From: a virus
Direction: 5' to 3' (one strand)
DNA length: 64,000 nucleotides
Virus record (IMG/VR): IMGVR_UViG_3300030047_000014
Location: 32,001 to 96,000 of that record
The notes beneath the pieces were generated by a model. That model did not search any database, was not told the DNA's origin, and worked only from the letters and a program-made list of their open reading frames with translations. The translations under genes were made by a program, and so were the position numbers. Positions 15,093 through 25,077 of the stretch are shown in pieces (position 1 is the stretch's first letter; the number at the start of each line of letters is the position of its first letter).

Positions 15093-15297
15093 CTTTGTCA
15101 TTGAAAAAGTACCCTTGAAAGCCTTTATTGATATTCTCATTGAAGCCTTTAACTCAGGTGCTAATTTTATTGATATTCTGTCTGTGGAAGATAACACTGT
15201 TGGACTCCTTTGTAAAGAGAGTTATTATAGTGCAGAAGAAGAAGGTTCTTTAGAATCTATCACCTTTAATGAAGATGATGTAGATCAATTAATTTAA
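15079..15297 (+). CDS. Acidic hypothetical protein
   Basis: Likely start MKKTNF (15079). Confidence 0.6.
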   Translation: MKKTNFVIEKVPLKAFIDILIEAFNSGANFIDILSVEDNTVGLLCKESYYSAEEEGSLESITFNEDDVDQLI

Positions 15298-15303
15298 TTA
15301 CAT

Positions 15304-15609
15304 ATGGCAGTTTCAAAAAATACTTATACATCTACAGAACTTAATTGGGCTGAAGAACAATTGATATCCTGGAAGACCTACATTGATGAACATCCTTTAC
15401 ACACAATGGTAGATAGAATTGAATGGAGACAAACAAAAACAGGAGCAATGCCTATGGTAGTTGCTTCAATAGAAGCTCAAGGAAAGTTCATTCAGGAAAC
15501 TATGAAGAATTACCTGGCTTTGCTTGAGGTAGTGGAAAGATTAAGAGAGAAAGATGATATAAAGAAAGTAGCAAGAGGTAATGATGAAGTACCACCAAGA
15601 ATGCAATAA
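15304..15609 (+). CDS. Helical protein, candidate terminase small subunit
   Basis: Immediately upstream of TerL; position-based call only. Confidence 0.45.
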   Translation: MAVSKNTYTSTELNWAEEQLISWKTYIDEHPLHTMVDRIEWRQTKTGAMPMVVASIEAQGKFIQETMKNYLALLEVVERLREKDDIKKVARGNDEVPPRMQ

Positions 15610-15611
15610 TA

Positions 15612-17645
15612 ATGGAAGTTAAATCTACAGAGTTTTTTAGGAATATAAAGAAACTTCCTCCTCCAGGGACTGAAGAGTTTAAACAACTTATAGATTGGGA
15701 GATTGAGAAGTGTACAGGAGGTGTTACTGTAAATGGTGTCTATTTTTCTAATTGGCTCTATTGGCATCTTAATCATTGGTGGATAAGAATTGATGATGTT
15801 GATAATTATGGCAATGATATACGAATACAATCACTACCAGAACTACGTGATAATGAATGGATTCGTGCAGAGAAACTAGAAGATTGTAGAATACGTAGAG
15901 AAGGTTATATAGAAGTAGGAGGCAGACAGGGAGGTAAATCTGAAATGGAAGCTTCCTACTTTGGTATGAATGCTACATTGTTTAAAAATACCCAGAATGT
16001 TATCATATGTGGAAATGATAATGACTTATCCTTATTAAAGGACAAAGTTGACTTTGGTCTAAAGAAGTTATGGAATGGTATTGCTATTGGTAGATTAGAT
16101 AAAACATGGAGATTAAACCAGATTAGACTTGGTTATAAAAAACCAAATGGTGAAGAAGAGATATGGTGTTATATTGTTATTCGTAATGCCAAGGATGGGA
16201 ACAATACAGAAGTTGCTGCAGGAACTACAGCCAAGACTGCAATTATGGATGAGATTGGTAAATATCCATTTGCTTCTACATTCAAGGCTATGGAACCTGC
16301 TATTAAAGGTAAGAATGGTTGGAGGGCTGTTCCAATTCTTGTAGGAACAGGGGGAAGTTTTGATGCAGGAAAAGATGCTGAAAACTTTTTTTATAATCCT
16401 GCTTCAAATAACTTCCTGGAGATTATAGATCCAGTTTCTGGAAAGAAATCAGGATTATTCTTATCTGGTTTATATAGACATGATTGCAAACATCTTGTAA
16501 ATCTGGCAGATTGGTTAAGAGAAGAAAGAGGTTTAATTCTTGAGGATGATAGTGAATTACGTAATTTCTTAATCAATGTTGCTGATAAAGAAAAAGCTCT
16601 TGCCAAGATAAATGAAGAAAGAGCAAAGGCTAGAGCTAATCCAGATAGAGAATTATCTTTAAAACAGATAATGTATTATCCTATAACTGTTGATGAATGT
16701 TTTCTATCAAGTAGTGAAAATATATTTGATATCGAAGGTGCTAAACGACAGAAGAATAGATTAATAACTAATGAGCATACTGGAACTCCTGTTGTATTAT
16801 ATTCTAATGAAGAAGGGGTAGTTACACATGAGTTTACTGATAAGCAACCTATAACTAATTATCCATTACAAACAGGTGATAGCAAGGAAGCTCCTGTAGT
16901 AATATATGAATTTCCAATAGCTAATCCTCCATATGGATTATATGTAGCAGGTGTTGACCCATATAGACAAGGACAAGCTAAATACAGTCAATCTCTTGGA
17001 TCTGTTTATATTTATAAGAGAATGCATGAACTTACGGGTGAGAAGTATCAGGATATGTTTGTAGCTTCTTATTGTGCCAGACCTGCTAAAAAAGAAACTT
17101 GGGAAGAACAAGCAAGACTTCTAATTAAATACTATAATGCCAGAACTCTTTGTGAGAATGATGATATCTCTTTTATAGAATATATGAAGGCTAAAGGAGA
17201 TGCTCATTATCTTGAGAAACAACCTGACTGGCTAATGGAGATAGTTCCTAACTCTACAGTTAAAAGAGATTATGGTGTACATAGGAGTGCACAAAAGATT
17301 ATTGATTACCTTCACAATTGTTTGAAGAGATATATGGAAGAAACTATATATAAAGAAACAGATGAGAATGGTGATACTGTCAAAGAGATATTAGGTGTTC
17401 ATAAAATATTTGATCCTGTATTACTAGAGGAGATTATTAAATACAATGATAAAGATAACTTTGATAGGATTGTTGCTGCAGAATTAGCTATTGCTCAAGC
17501 TATGAAGATGGATCCTATTATGGGTAAGGTATCTAGTTCAGATGATTCAAGAATTAGATCTCTCTACAAGACAAGAAAGAACAATGTTTTATTTACAGAA
17601 TCCAGAGGACTATTTGTTAAACATAAAAATAAACTTTTCACATAA
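15612..17645 (+). CDS. terL: Terminase large subunit
   Basis: Walker A-like GGRQGGKS, Walker B AIMDEIG, coupling motif GTGG, nuclease VAGVDPY and DNFDRIVA. Confidence 0.95.
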   Translation: MEVKSTEFFRNIKKLPPPGTEEFKQLIDWEIEKCTGGVTVNGVYFSNWLYWHLNHWWIRIDDVDNYGNDIRIQSLPELRDNEWIRAEKLEDCRIRREGYIEVGGRQGGKSEMEASYFGMNATLFKNTQNVIICGNDNDLSLLKDKVDFGLKKLWNGIAIGRLDKTWRLNQIRLGYKKPNGEEEIWCYIVIRNAKDGNNTEVAAGTTAKTAIMDEIGKYPFASTFKAMEPAIKGKNGWRAVPILVGTGGSFDAGKDAENFFYNPASNNFLEIIDPVSGKKSGLFLSGLYRHDCKHLVNLADWLREERGLILEDDSELRNFLINVADKEKALAKINEERAKARANPDRELSLKQIMYYPITVDECFLSSSENIFDIEGAKRQKNRLITNEHTGTPVVLYSNEEGVVTHEFTDKQPITNYPLQTGDSKEAPVVIYEFPIANPPYGLYVAGVDPYRQGQAKYSQSLGSVYIYKRMHELTGEKYQDMFVASYCARPAKKETWEEQARLLIKYYNARTLCENDDISFIEYMKAKGDAHYLEKQPDWLMEIVPNSTVKRDYGVHRSAQKIIDYLHNCLKRYMEETIYKETDENGDTVKEILGVHKIFDPVLLEEIIKYNDKDNFDRIVAAELAIAQAMKMDPIMGKVSSSDDSRIRSLYKTRKNNVLFTESRGLFVKHKNKLFT

Positions 17646-20233
17646 TGGCAATTATTAGGTACACCAAGGATGCTACAATAAGGTATGCATACTTAAACAT
17701 CTTCCCTGATCAGTTTAAGACTGATAAAGAAAAACAAGAGGAAGGTTGGATAAAGAATACTATGGATTACTTTGCCAATAAAGCTTATGCAGAGTATATC
17801 AAGAACAGAGAAACTTTCGTTAGAAATTATGATTTAATGAAAGGTATTCTTAGACCAGAAGATTTCTACCAGGTTCCTGAAGTTAAGAGCTTTGCTGAAA
17901 TGCTTACAGCAGATGTGGAACTTCCTGCCTATGTAAAACACTATCCTATTATAACTACACCAGTAAATGAGTTAGTGGGAGAAATTACTAAACGTCCTGA
18001 TACTTATAGAATTAAAGCCTTTGATGATGATAGTCAGGCAGAAGAACTACAATTTAAAACAGATCTTCTTCAGGAGTATGTAATTAATCAAGCCAAGAAA
18101 GAAATATATGAGAAGGCTGAAATGGAAGGAACTGAAATATCTGATAAAGATATTCAGGATCTTACTATGGAGAAGGTTAAAGAACAATTGGATAGTTACA
18201 CATCTGTTGCTGAGAGGTGGGGTAATCATGTTCTTACCTGTCAGAAAGCTGATTTTAATATAAAAGAAAAGAGTGAAGATACCTTCAGAGATATATGTAT
18301 AAGTGCCAGGGAATTCTATCATGTCTATGAAGATAATTCTAAAGTAGGATATAATGTAGAAGTAGCTAATCCTAAGAATACTTGGTTTCTAACAACCCCT
18401 GATAGAAAATGGATATCTGATCCAACAGGTAGAGCACAAGGAGCTTATGCTGCAGGAACAGTTCAGGTAATGGAACTATCAGAGATTATAGAGAATGTTC
18501 CTGATTTGACTAAGGAGGAAATAGATCACTTACGAAGTTCATTACAGGATTATGGATTAATAAATGTTAGAGAATCTAATCTGGGTAATCCTAATGCTAT
18601 TCCAGGAACAGATTCAGTAATGTATGATACCTATGATCCTCTTGTTCTTCAAACAAGAATGATTATAGAGAGTGAGATGAAAGAAAATAGTGATAGTCTT
18701 AAAGACTTTCTGGGTCTTACTTCTAATGTATCTTCCTTTGGATATAAGTATGTGATTGTTAAGTCTTACTGGATATCCAAGAAACAAATAGCTAAAATAA
18801 CTTATACAGATGAAGTTGGTAATCTACAATCTTTACTTGTGGATGAGAATTATAAATCAGGTACTATCCCTACACAAATTTCTTTAGAGAAAGGATGGAT
18901 TAATCAATGGTATCAAGGTACTAAGATTGGTCCAGATATCTATCATGTCAAACCTTTTAATCTTCTAAATTATTGTCCTATTATAGGAACTACATTTGAA
19001 ATAAAGAATACAGAGGCTAAGAGTCTTGTAGATATGATGAAACCTTTCCAGGTAATATATAATATCTGCATGAACCAGTTATATAGACTTCTTGAGAAAG
19101 AAATTGGTAATGTAGCCTCTGTAAATATTCGTAGAGTTCCTAAATTAAAAGATGGAGATGATCAGGATGCTATTGATATATGGGAAATGGAAGCCAAGGA
19201 AAGAGGTATTATATTTGATGATGATAGTCCTGAAAATACCAAAGGAGGTGTTAGTAATCAAACAGTTGCTAAACAAATAGATCTTACTCGTACAAATGAA
19301 ATTCAAAGTAGATATAACCTGGCTGTTCAAATGAAGAATGAATGTTGGGAACTGGTTGGTATGTCTAAACAAAGAATGGGATCTGTATCTCCAAGTGAAT
19401 CTGCAACAGGAACTAATGCTGCTATTCAGCAGTCTTATTCTCAGACAGAACCTTTATTTGTTGCTCATGAATATGTAATGGGACAATTATATCAAGCTAT
19501 TATAGATGCTGCATTATATATTGCCAGTAACAAACCAGAATCTACACTATCCTATATTACATCAGAAGGAGAAGCTGCTTTCGTAAAAGTGAATGGTTCT
19601 GATTTAAAATTCAGGGATTTAAAAGTATTTGCTACTAATCGTCCTGAAGATACTCAGATGTTTAATGAACTTAGAGCATTGTCTCAGGCTGTCTTACAGA
19701 ATGGTGGTACACTATATGATATAGTAGAACTTTATTCTACTAAGAGTATGAGACAACTTAAGAGAATCTTTAAGGAAATGAGAGATAAACAGCAAGCAAT
19801 GCTAGATCAGAAGATGCAACAGGATCAGCAGAAACTTGATCAAGAACAGAAAATAGCTCAAGCTCAGTTAGAACAGGCTCAAGCTCAACATGATCAGGAT
19901 GTAGCTAATGAAAACTATCAAAATGATTTGGATAGACTTAATAAAAAAGAGATAGCTCTTATAGGTGCTGAATCTAAAGGTAGTCTAACAGATAATGATA
20001 GTAACGGAATTCCTGATGTATTAGAGATTAGCAAGTTAGATCATGAGAGAAATAAAGCTATGAAAGACTATAATGTAAAAATGGCAGAGATTCAAAGTAA
20101 GAGAGCAGATAGTCTACAGAAACTTCAGATAGAAAGAGAGAAATTACAAGTAGATAGAGAGAATCAGAAAAATGATCTTGCTATTGCTAAGGAAAATGCT
20201 AAAAACAGAGCAACAAAATCAAAATCTAAATGA
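17645..20233 (+). CDS. Portal protein
   Basis: 862 aa directly after TerL; HYPIITTPVNELVGE, RMGSVSPSESAT, Q-rich C-terminal coiled coil; crAss-like gene order. Confidence 0.88.
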   Translation: MAIIRYTKDATIRYAYLNIFPDQFKTDKEKQEEGWIKNTMDYFANKAYAEYIKNRETFVRNYDLMKGILRPEDFYQVPEVKSFAEMLTADVELPAYVKHYPIITTPVNELVGEITKRPDTYRIKAFDDDSQAEELQFKTDLLQEYVINQAKKEIYEKAEMEGTEISDKDIQDLTMEKVKEQLDSYTSVAERWGNHVLTCQKADFNIKEKSEDTFRDICISAREFYHVYEDNSKVGYNVEVANPKNTWFLTTPDRKWISDPTGRAQGAYAAGTVQVMELSEIIENVPDLTKEEIDHLRSSLQDYGLINVRESNLGNPNAIPGTDSVMYDTYDPLVLQTRMIIESEMKENSDSLKDFLGLTSNVSSFGYKYVIVKSYWISKKQIAKITYTDEVGNLQSLLVDENYKSGTIPTQISLEKGWINQWYQGTKIGPDIYHVKPFNLLNYCPIIGTTFEIKNTEAKSLVDMMKPFQVIYNICMNQLYRLLEKEIGNVASVNIRRVPKLKDGDDQDAIDIWEMEAKERGIIFDDDSPENTKGGVSNQTVAKQIDLTRTNEIQSRYNLAVQMKNECWELVGMSKQRMGSVSPSESATGTNAAIQQSYSQTEPLFVAHEYVMGQLYQAIIDAALYIASNKPESTLSYITSEGEAAFVKVNGSDLKFRDLKVFATNRPEDTQMFNELRALSQAVLQNGGTLYDIVELYSTKSMRQLKRIFKEMRDKQQAMLDQKMQQDQQKLDQEQKIAQAQLEQAQAQHDQDVANENYQNDLDRLNKKEIALIGAESKGSLTDNDSNGIPDVLEISKLDHERNKAMKDYNVKMAEIQSKRADSLQKLQIEREKLQVDRENQKNDLAIAKENAKNRATKSKSK

Positions 20234-20240
20234 TAATGTA

Positions 20241-20294
20241 AGCATTAACTTCTGTTAATAACTAAACAAATTAGAAAAATCAGAAGTTAATGCT
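20241..20294. repeat. Perfect 14-bp inverted repeat with 26-nt spacer
   Basis: AGCATTAACTTCTG (20241-54) / CAGAAGTTAATGCT (20281-94). Confidence 0.85.
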
Positions 20295-20399
20295 ATATTA
20301 TATATAAAAATTGCATAGATTAGATGCTATTTTATTATTGCTAAGTATTTTTATTTTACTTTTACCTATTATAAAACCAAAACAAAAAATAAACTAAAT

Positions 20400-21629
20400 A
20401 TGAGTACTATCAAGGAAGATACCCTGGATGATAATTTTGGTATTATCAGTTCAACAGAATATGGTACAGGAAGCCCTGAGTTGTTAGAAGGTCTATTTGC
20501 TTCTGAAACTTCTACAGAAGATCCAGATAAGATTGTACCAATTGTAAAAGAGGTTGAGGATGTTAAGGATAAAGTACCTGAAGTAAAAAGAGGTAAAGAG
20601 ATTGTCCCGAAACCTGATGGTGAGGAACTTACAAATCAAGATTTATTAACTAATTTCCTGGCAGAGGAAGAAAGTGATAATGATGATGGTGAAGAAACCC
20701 ATACAGATCCTATTGTAAAGGATAAAGAAACTACTACAGAAACTGATGATAATCCATTCACTACACTTCATAAAGAACTTCTGGAACTAAATGTTTTTAC
20801 GAAGGATGATGAAGATGGTGAAGAAGAACTGGTAAAAACCCCTGAAGAATTTCTTGCCAGATTTAATTTGGAGAAGAAAAAAGGAGCCAGTGAAATAATG
20901 GATAGATTCATCTCTCAGTTTGGAGAAGATTACCAGAATGCATTTCAAGCCATCTATGTAAAAGGTGTAGATCCTAAAGAATATTTTAGTACTTATAATA
21001 CAATTACAGATTTTGCAACTTTAGATATTACGAAGGAAGAAAACCAGATTGCAATAATGAGACAATCATTAACGGATGAAGGACTTGAACCTGATGATAT
21101 AAAAGATGAGATTGAGAAATTACAGAATTACGGTGATCTGGAATCTGCAGCAACTAAGAGACATAAAATTTTAATAAGAAAAAGTGCTCTGAAGTTACAG
21201 GAACTAGAACAAAAGTCTGAACAGGAACTAAAACAAAAAGCTGAAATTAAGAATCAGTTTATAAACAATGTTCGTAAGACTATTGATGAGAAATTAAAAA
21301 CAAAGGAATATGATGGTATTCCTTTAAATCCAAAATTAGCACAAGAACTACATGACTTCCTCCTAGTAGATGGATGGGTTACACCATCAGGAGAAAAGCT
21401 TACAGGTTTTGATAAAGCTATTTTAGATTTAAAGAGACCTGAGAACCATGCACTAAAAGTGAAAGTTGCTCTTCTTCTAAAGATTATGGAAAAAGATCCT
21501 AATCTATCAACCATCCAGAAAGCAGGAGTTACAAAGAAGTCAGAAGAATTATTTAAACAAACTGTTGGATCAGTTAAAAAAGTAAAAACTTCTTCCACTG
21601 AACCACAGTCTAGATCATGGTCTTTTTAA
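20400..21629 (+). CDS. Acidic scaffold-like protein between portal and MCP
   Basis: D/E-rich N-terminus, helical C-terminus; position-based. Confidence 0.65.
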   Translation: MSTIKEDTLDDNFGIISSTEYGTGSPELLEGLFASETSTEDPDKIVPIVKEVEDVKDKVPEVKRGKEIVPKPDGEELTNQDLLTNFLAEEESDNDDGEETHTDPIVKDKETTTETDDNPFTTLHKELLELNVFTKDDEDGEEELVKTPEEFLARFNLEKKKGASEIMDRFISQFGEDYQNAFQAIYVKGVDPKEYFSTYNTITDFATLDITKEENQIAIMRQSLTDEGLEPDDIKDEIEKLQNYGDLESAATKRHKILIRKSALKLQELEQKSEQELKQKAEIKNQFINNVRKTIDEKLKTKEYDGIPLNPKLAQELHDFLLVDGWVTPSGEKLTGFDKAILDLKRPENHALKVKVALLLKIMEKDPNLSTIQKAGVTKKSEELFKQTVGSVKKVKTSSTEPQSRSWSF

Positions 21630-21664
21630 AATATTCATATTTCTAACATAAAAATAATAATAAA

Positions 21665-23221
21665 ATGGCACAACTTCAAACACTCCCAGGAGCTTCTGGG
21701 TTTATGTATGCTAGAGTAGCTTCTATGGACAAACGTGCTGTAGGGAAGCTAACTGACTCGAATCACTTAGAATCATTCCATTCTAGTGAACCTGCAGACT
21801 ATGATAAAAAAATCATAAGTCTCTATACTCAAAGTTCATTGTACAGTAATGACTTTCTGGACATGATCAATAAGAGTACTCCTTACTATATTGATAATAA
21901 TAGTGATTCTTGGAAATGGGAAATTTCTGTTCCTTACAAGTTCCCTAAGATTATTGATATTCCTACAACGACTTCTAACTTAAGTAAGCCTGGTATTGAT
22001 GGACAGGAATTTCAACTTATTTTGGATACTAATGAATTCTCCAAGAACTCTATTGTATCTGTTGGTTCTCGTCAGTATGGTCCTCGCTTTTATGTTATTA
22101 AAGATCCACAGCCTTGGAGTGTAGGCTATCTTTATAGCTTCACACTTGTTACTGATAATCCTATCATAGATTTCGTTAGTTCTACCTTCCTTAAAGTTGG
22201 TTTGGAACTTGAATTGATTGATGGTGCTATTGGTGAATTTGATCAGGATTTGTTAGGTCTTCCTCGTTTGGGTGAAAAGATCCAGATGTTTGAAAGTCTT
22301 GGTTCTGGTTATGGATTTGAACACAAAATTACAGAATGGGCTGATCAGCGAATGATGGTTGATGCTGCAGGTCGTCCTCTGGATATTTTGGTATATGCTC
22401 CTCAGAAACGTAATACATCACCTCTTACTCGTAATGATGTTAAGTGGGAACCATTTATTGAATTCTGGATGCGTAAATCAATGTTGGAACTAAAGGTTAA
22501 CAAGATGATCTGGGGTAAACCAGGAACAGTTAAGACCAATGGTTCTAGACAAGAAGTAAAACGTACCTCTGCAGGTGTTTATCATCGTATGAGAAACAAT
22601 GGTAATCTTGTTCAATACAATCGTGGTGAATTCTCTGCAAATCTTATTCGTTCGGTATTTGGAGATCTTTTCTACAGGCGTGTAGATGTGGCTGACCGTC
22701 ATGTCAAAATGTATACCAATGAATCAGGGTTTGATGTATTCCAACAGGCTCTTAAGAATGATGCTCTTAATTCAGGTTTGACCTTTATGGCAGATTCTGG
22801 TAATCGCTTCATGCAGGGTGAAGGTCAGCATATCACATATAACTTTGCATTTGATGCAATGGTTACACGTGAAACAGGTAGGGTGGAATTGATTCATCTT
22901 AAGGAACTTGATCTTCCTCAGTCTAATCTTGAGTTTGGACAGAATAAAAAATCTACTCCTGTCTTTATGGTATTTGATGTTAGTCCAATGAGTGATGGTT
23001 CTATGGTTAACAACATGCGTGAGGTCAGAATGAAAGGTGCTCCTTCTATGACTTGGGGTTATATTGATGGTACTGCTCACCACTTAGGTTTTGCTAAATC
23101 TCAGGGTATGAGTTCTGCTAACAAGTTCCCAGGTTATGAAATCTGGATGAAAGACCGTTGTGATTTGTTCATTGAAGATTTGTCTCGTACAGTCTTAATT
23201 GAAGAGATTCCTCAGTTCTAG
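21665..23221 (+). CDS. Major capsid protein
   Basis: 518 aa after the scaffold-like gene; strong CGT/GGT codon bias; ELKVNKMIWGK...SAGVYHRM and KMYTNESG segments; crAss-like synteny. Confidence 0.85.
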   Translation: MAQLQTLPGASGFMYARVASMDKRAVGKLTDSNHLESFHSSEPADYDKKIISLYTQSSLYSNDFLDMINKSTPYYIDNNSDSWKWEISVPYKFPKIIDIPTTTSNLSKPGIDGQEFQLILDTNEFSKNSIVSVGSRQYGPRFYVIKDPQPWSVGYLYSFTLVTDNPIIDFVSSTFLKVGLELELIDGAIGEFDQDLLGLPRLGEKIQMFESLGSGYGFEHKITEWADQRMMVDAAGRPLDILVYAPQKRNTSPLTRNDVKWEPFIEFWMRKSMLELKVNKMIWGKPGTVKTNGSRQEVKRTSAGVYHRMRNNGNLVQYNRGEFSANLIRSVFGDLFYRRVDVADRHVKMYTNESGFDVFQQALKNDALNSGLTFMADSGNRFMQGEGQHITYNFAFDAMVTRETGRVELIHLKELDLPQSNLEFGQNKKSTPVFMVFDVSPMSDGSMVNNMREVRMKGAPSMTWGYIDGTAHHLGFAKSQGMSSANKFPGYEIWMKDRCDLFIEDLSRTVLIEEIPQF

Positions 23222-23233
23222 AATATAAATTTA

Positions 23234-23265
23234 AAGAATACTCCTCAGATGTGGGGAGTATTCTT
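23234..23265 (+). terminator. Strong hairpin after MCP (terminator or mRNA stabiliser)
   Basis: AAGAATACTCCTCA-GATG-TGGGGAGTATTCTT; weak U tract. Confidence 0.6.
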
Positions 23266-23358
23266 ATAGATTAAGAATAGGAATTAGTAAAGTTTATTAA
23301 TTGCCAGAGTTTCGATACTCATATTCTACAATAGTAAACCAATATAAATAACTACATT

Positions 23359-24327
23359 ATGGGTAACATTGGAAAGATTGCAGTAATTAAAAGAGATTAT
23401 AGTGATTCTCAAATACAGACTATGCAAAGTGGTCTTGCACAAAGAGGTTTATCAAGGATTCCAGGAACAGGAGTATTTAAGTTCCCTTATAAGGAATTAG
23501 ATGGAAAATATAGGACAGGTCTTGATATAGAAGCAGCTTATATTAAAAGAATTCAGGATCCTCTTGAAAAAGAATTAGAGATTAAACGAATTACAGAATT
23601 GAAAGAAAGAATTCAAGCAGGTTTAGGTGATATTGATCTTAGTCCTCGTTCTCCTTTCTGGAATTATGCTTTATCAACATCTCAGGATGATCAAAGACAT
23701 GTCCAACCTGCTAAGTTATTTGATGGAGATAACACATTTGATCTGTCAGTACCATTTCAGGAATTAACTTTTTCTTGGCTTAGAGTTCATCCAACAATTG
23801 CTTCTAGTTATCAAGCATGGGAACATGGAGATTATCCTGCAGATACACAGTTTTATGTAGCAGATAGTGAGATTGAGAATGCTATTATTTTTAAGAAGAA
23901 ACAATTAATGAATAAGGCTATTTCTAAATTTGATGATATGACTCCTGATAGGAAACGTAAAGTTGCAAGACTATTAGGTTTACCTGTCACAGAAGATACT
24001 AAAGAAGAATTAGTTTATAATTTAGTTGATGATGTTCTTAAGGAAACTTCTTTTAAGACTGGAACATTCCAAGGTCTTTCAACTATTGATATTTTCAATA
24101 GATTTGCAGATATGAAAGAAAGCTTACTCCATATTAGGGATTTAATAAAACAAGCAATTACACACTCCATTTATAGAGTTAAACCAAATGGTAGAATCTA
24201 TGAAGGTGAGTATGAACTAGCAGTCGATGAGGATTCATTAGTAAGATTCCTCGCAGATGATGATCATCAGGAAGATTTGTTAACTTTAGAGGGAAAATTG
24301 AAATCTAAAAAACTAGCAGCAGTATGA
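23359..24327 (+). CDS. Virion/capsid-module protein
   Basis: 322 aa following MCP. Confidence 0.7.
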   Translation: MGNIGKIAVIKRDYSDSQIQTMQSGLAQRGLSRIPGTGVFKFPYKELDGKYRTGLDIEAAYIKRIQDPLEKELEIKRITELKERIQAGLGDIDLSPRSPFWNYALSTSQDDQRHVQPAKLFDGDNTFDLSVPFQELTFSWLRVHPTIASSYQAWEHGDYPADTQFYVADSEIENAIIFKKKQLMNKAISKFDDMTPDRKRKVARLLGLPVTEDTKEELVYNLVDDVLKETSFKTGTFQGLSTIDIFNRFADMKESLLHIRDLIKQAITHSIYRVKPNGRIYEGEYELAVDEDSLVRFLADDDHQEDLLTLEGKLKSKKLAAV

Positions 24328-25046
24328 TACCAGTAGATAGCTTATTATATAAAATAGACCAGAAGCTTAATAAGCTATCTACTAATTCACATCAGCAGAT
24401 ACAGCTTGAAGATAAGATTCTCGCTTTGAATGAAGCTCAAATTAAATTAATAAAACAGAAGATGGATGGAATATCCACTTCTGGTTTGGATTCTTCTAAG
24501 AAGAGATATGAGGATCTACAGAGATTAATAGAGAGTCATGAAGATCATAAGTTAGAATTAAAGGAGACTAATAAGGAACTAAATAAATGGACAGCTTCCA
24601 TAGAAGGAATAACTCCTACATATATGTTTTATGTAGATAGTTATATCCTGGCTGACAAAGGTAGATGTAAGAATAGAAAGATATGGATTAATAAAGATCT
24701 TACAGCACATGGAGATATTCAGATCCTGCTAAATAATGATCATTATAAACCTTCTTTTGAATATCAGGAGACTTTTAATTATATTTCTTCAGATGAAATA
24801 TCTATCTTTACAGATGGAACATTTACACCACTAAATTTATATTTATCCTATATAAGATATCCTAAGTATATTGATAAAGAGGGTTATATAAAATTAAATG
24901 GTGTTGCTTCTCTTAATCAGGATTGTGAACTAAAGAATTATTTGGAAGATGAATTAGTTGATCTTGCTGTTCAGAATATAGCAATGTATACTGAAAATTC
25001 TTCTGCAGTTCAAAATGCTAGATTAAGAATACTAACGAATGAATAA
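24324..25046 (+). CDS. Head-tail ring/adaptor protein
   Basis: LNEAQIKLIK...LSYIRYPK...CEL...EDELVDLAV pattern of crAss-like ring proteins. Confidence 0.65.
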   Translation: MIPVDSLLYKIDQKLNKLSTNSHQQIQLEDKILALNEAQIKLIKQKMDGISTSGLDSSKKRYEDLQRLIESHEDHKLELKETNKELNKWTASIEGITPTYMFYVDSYILADKGRCKNRKIWINKDLTAHGDIQILLNNDHYKPSFEYQETFNYISSDEISIFTDGTFTPLNLYLSYIRYPKYIDKEGYIKLNGVASLNQDCELKNYLEDELVDLAVQNIAMYTENSSAVQNARLRILTNE

Positions 25047-25077
25047 TTTTTATATATAAATTTAATAAATAAACAAA

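Noticed and set aside
15612-23221. Introns or inteins in TerL, portal or MCP
   Set aside because: ORFs are uninterrupted, of plausible length, and show no intein splice motifs or embedded endonuclease.
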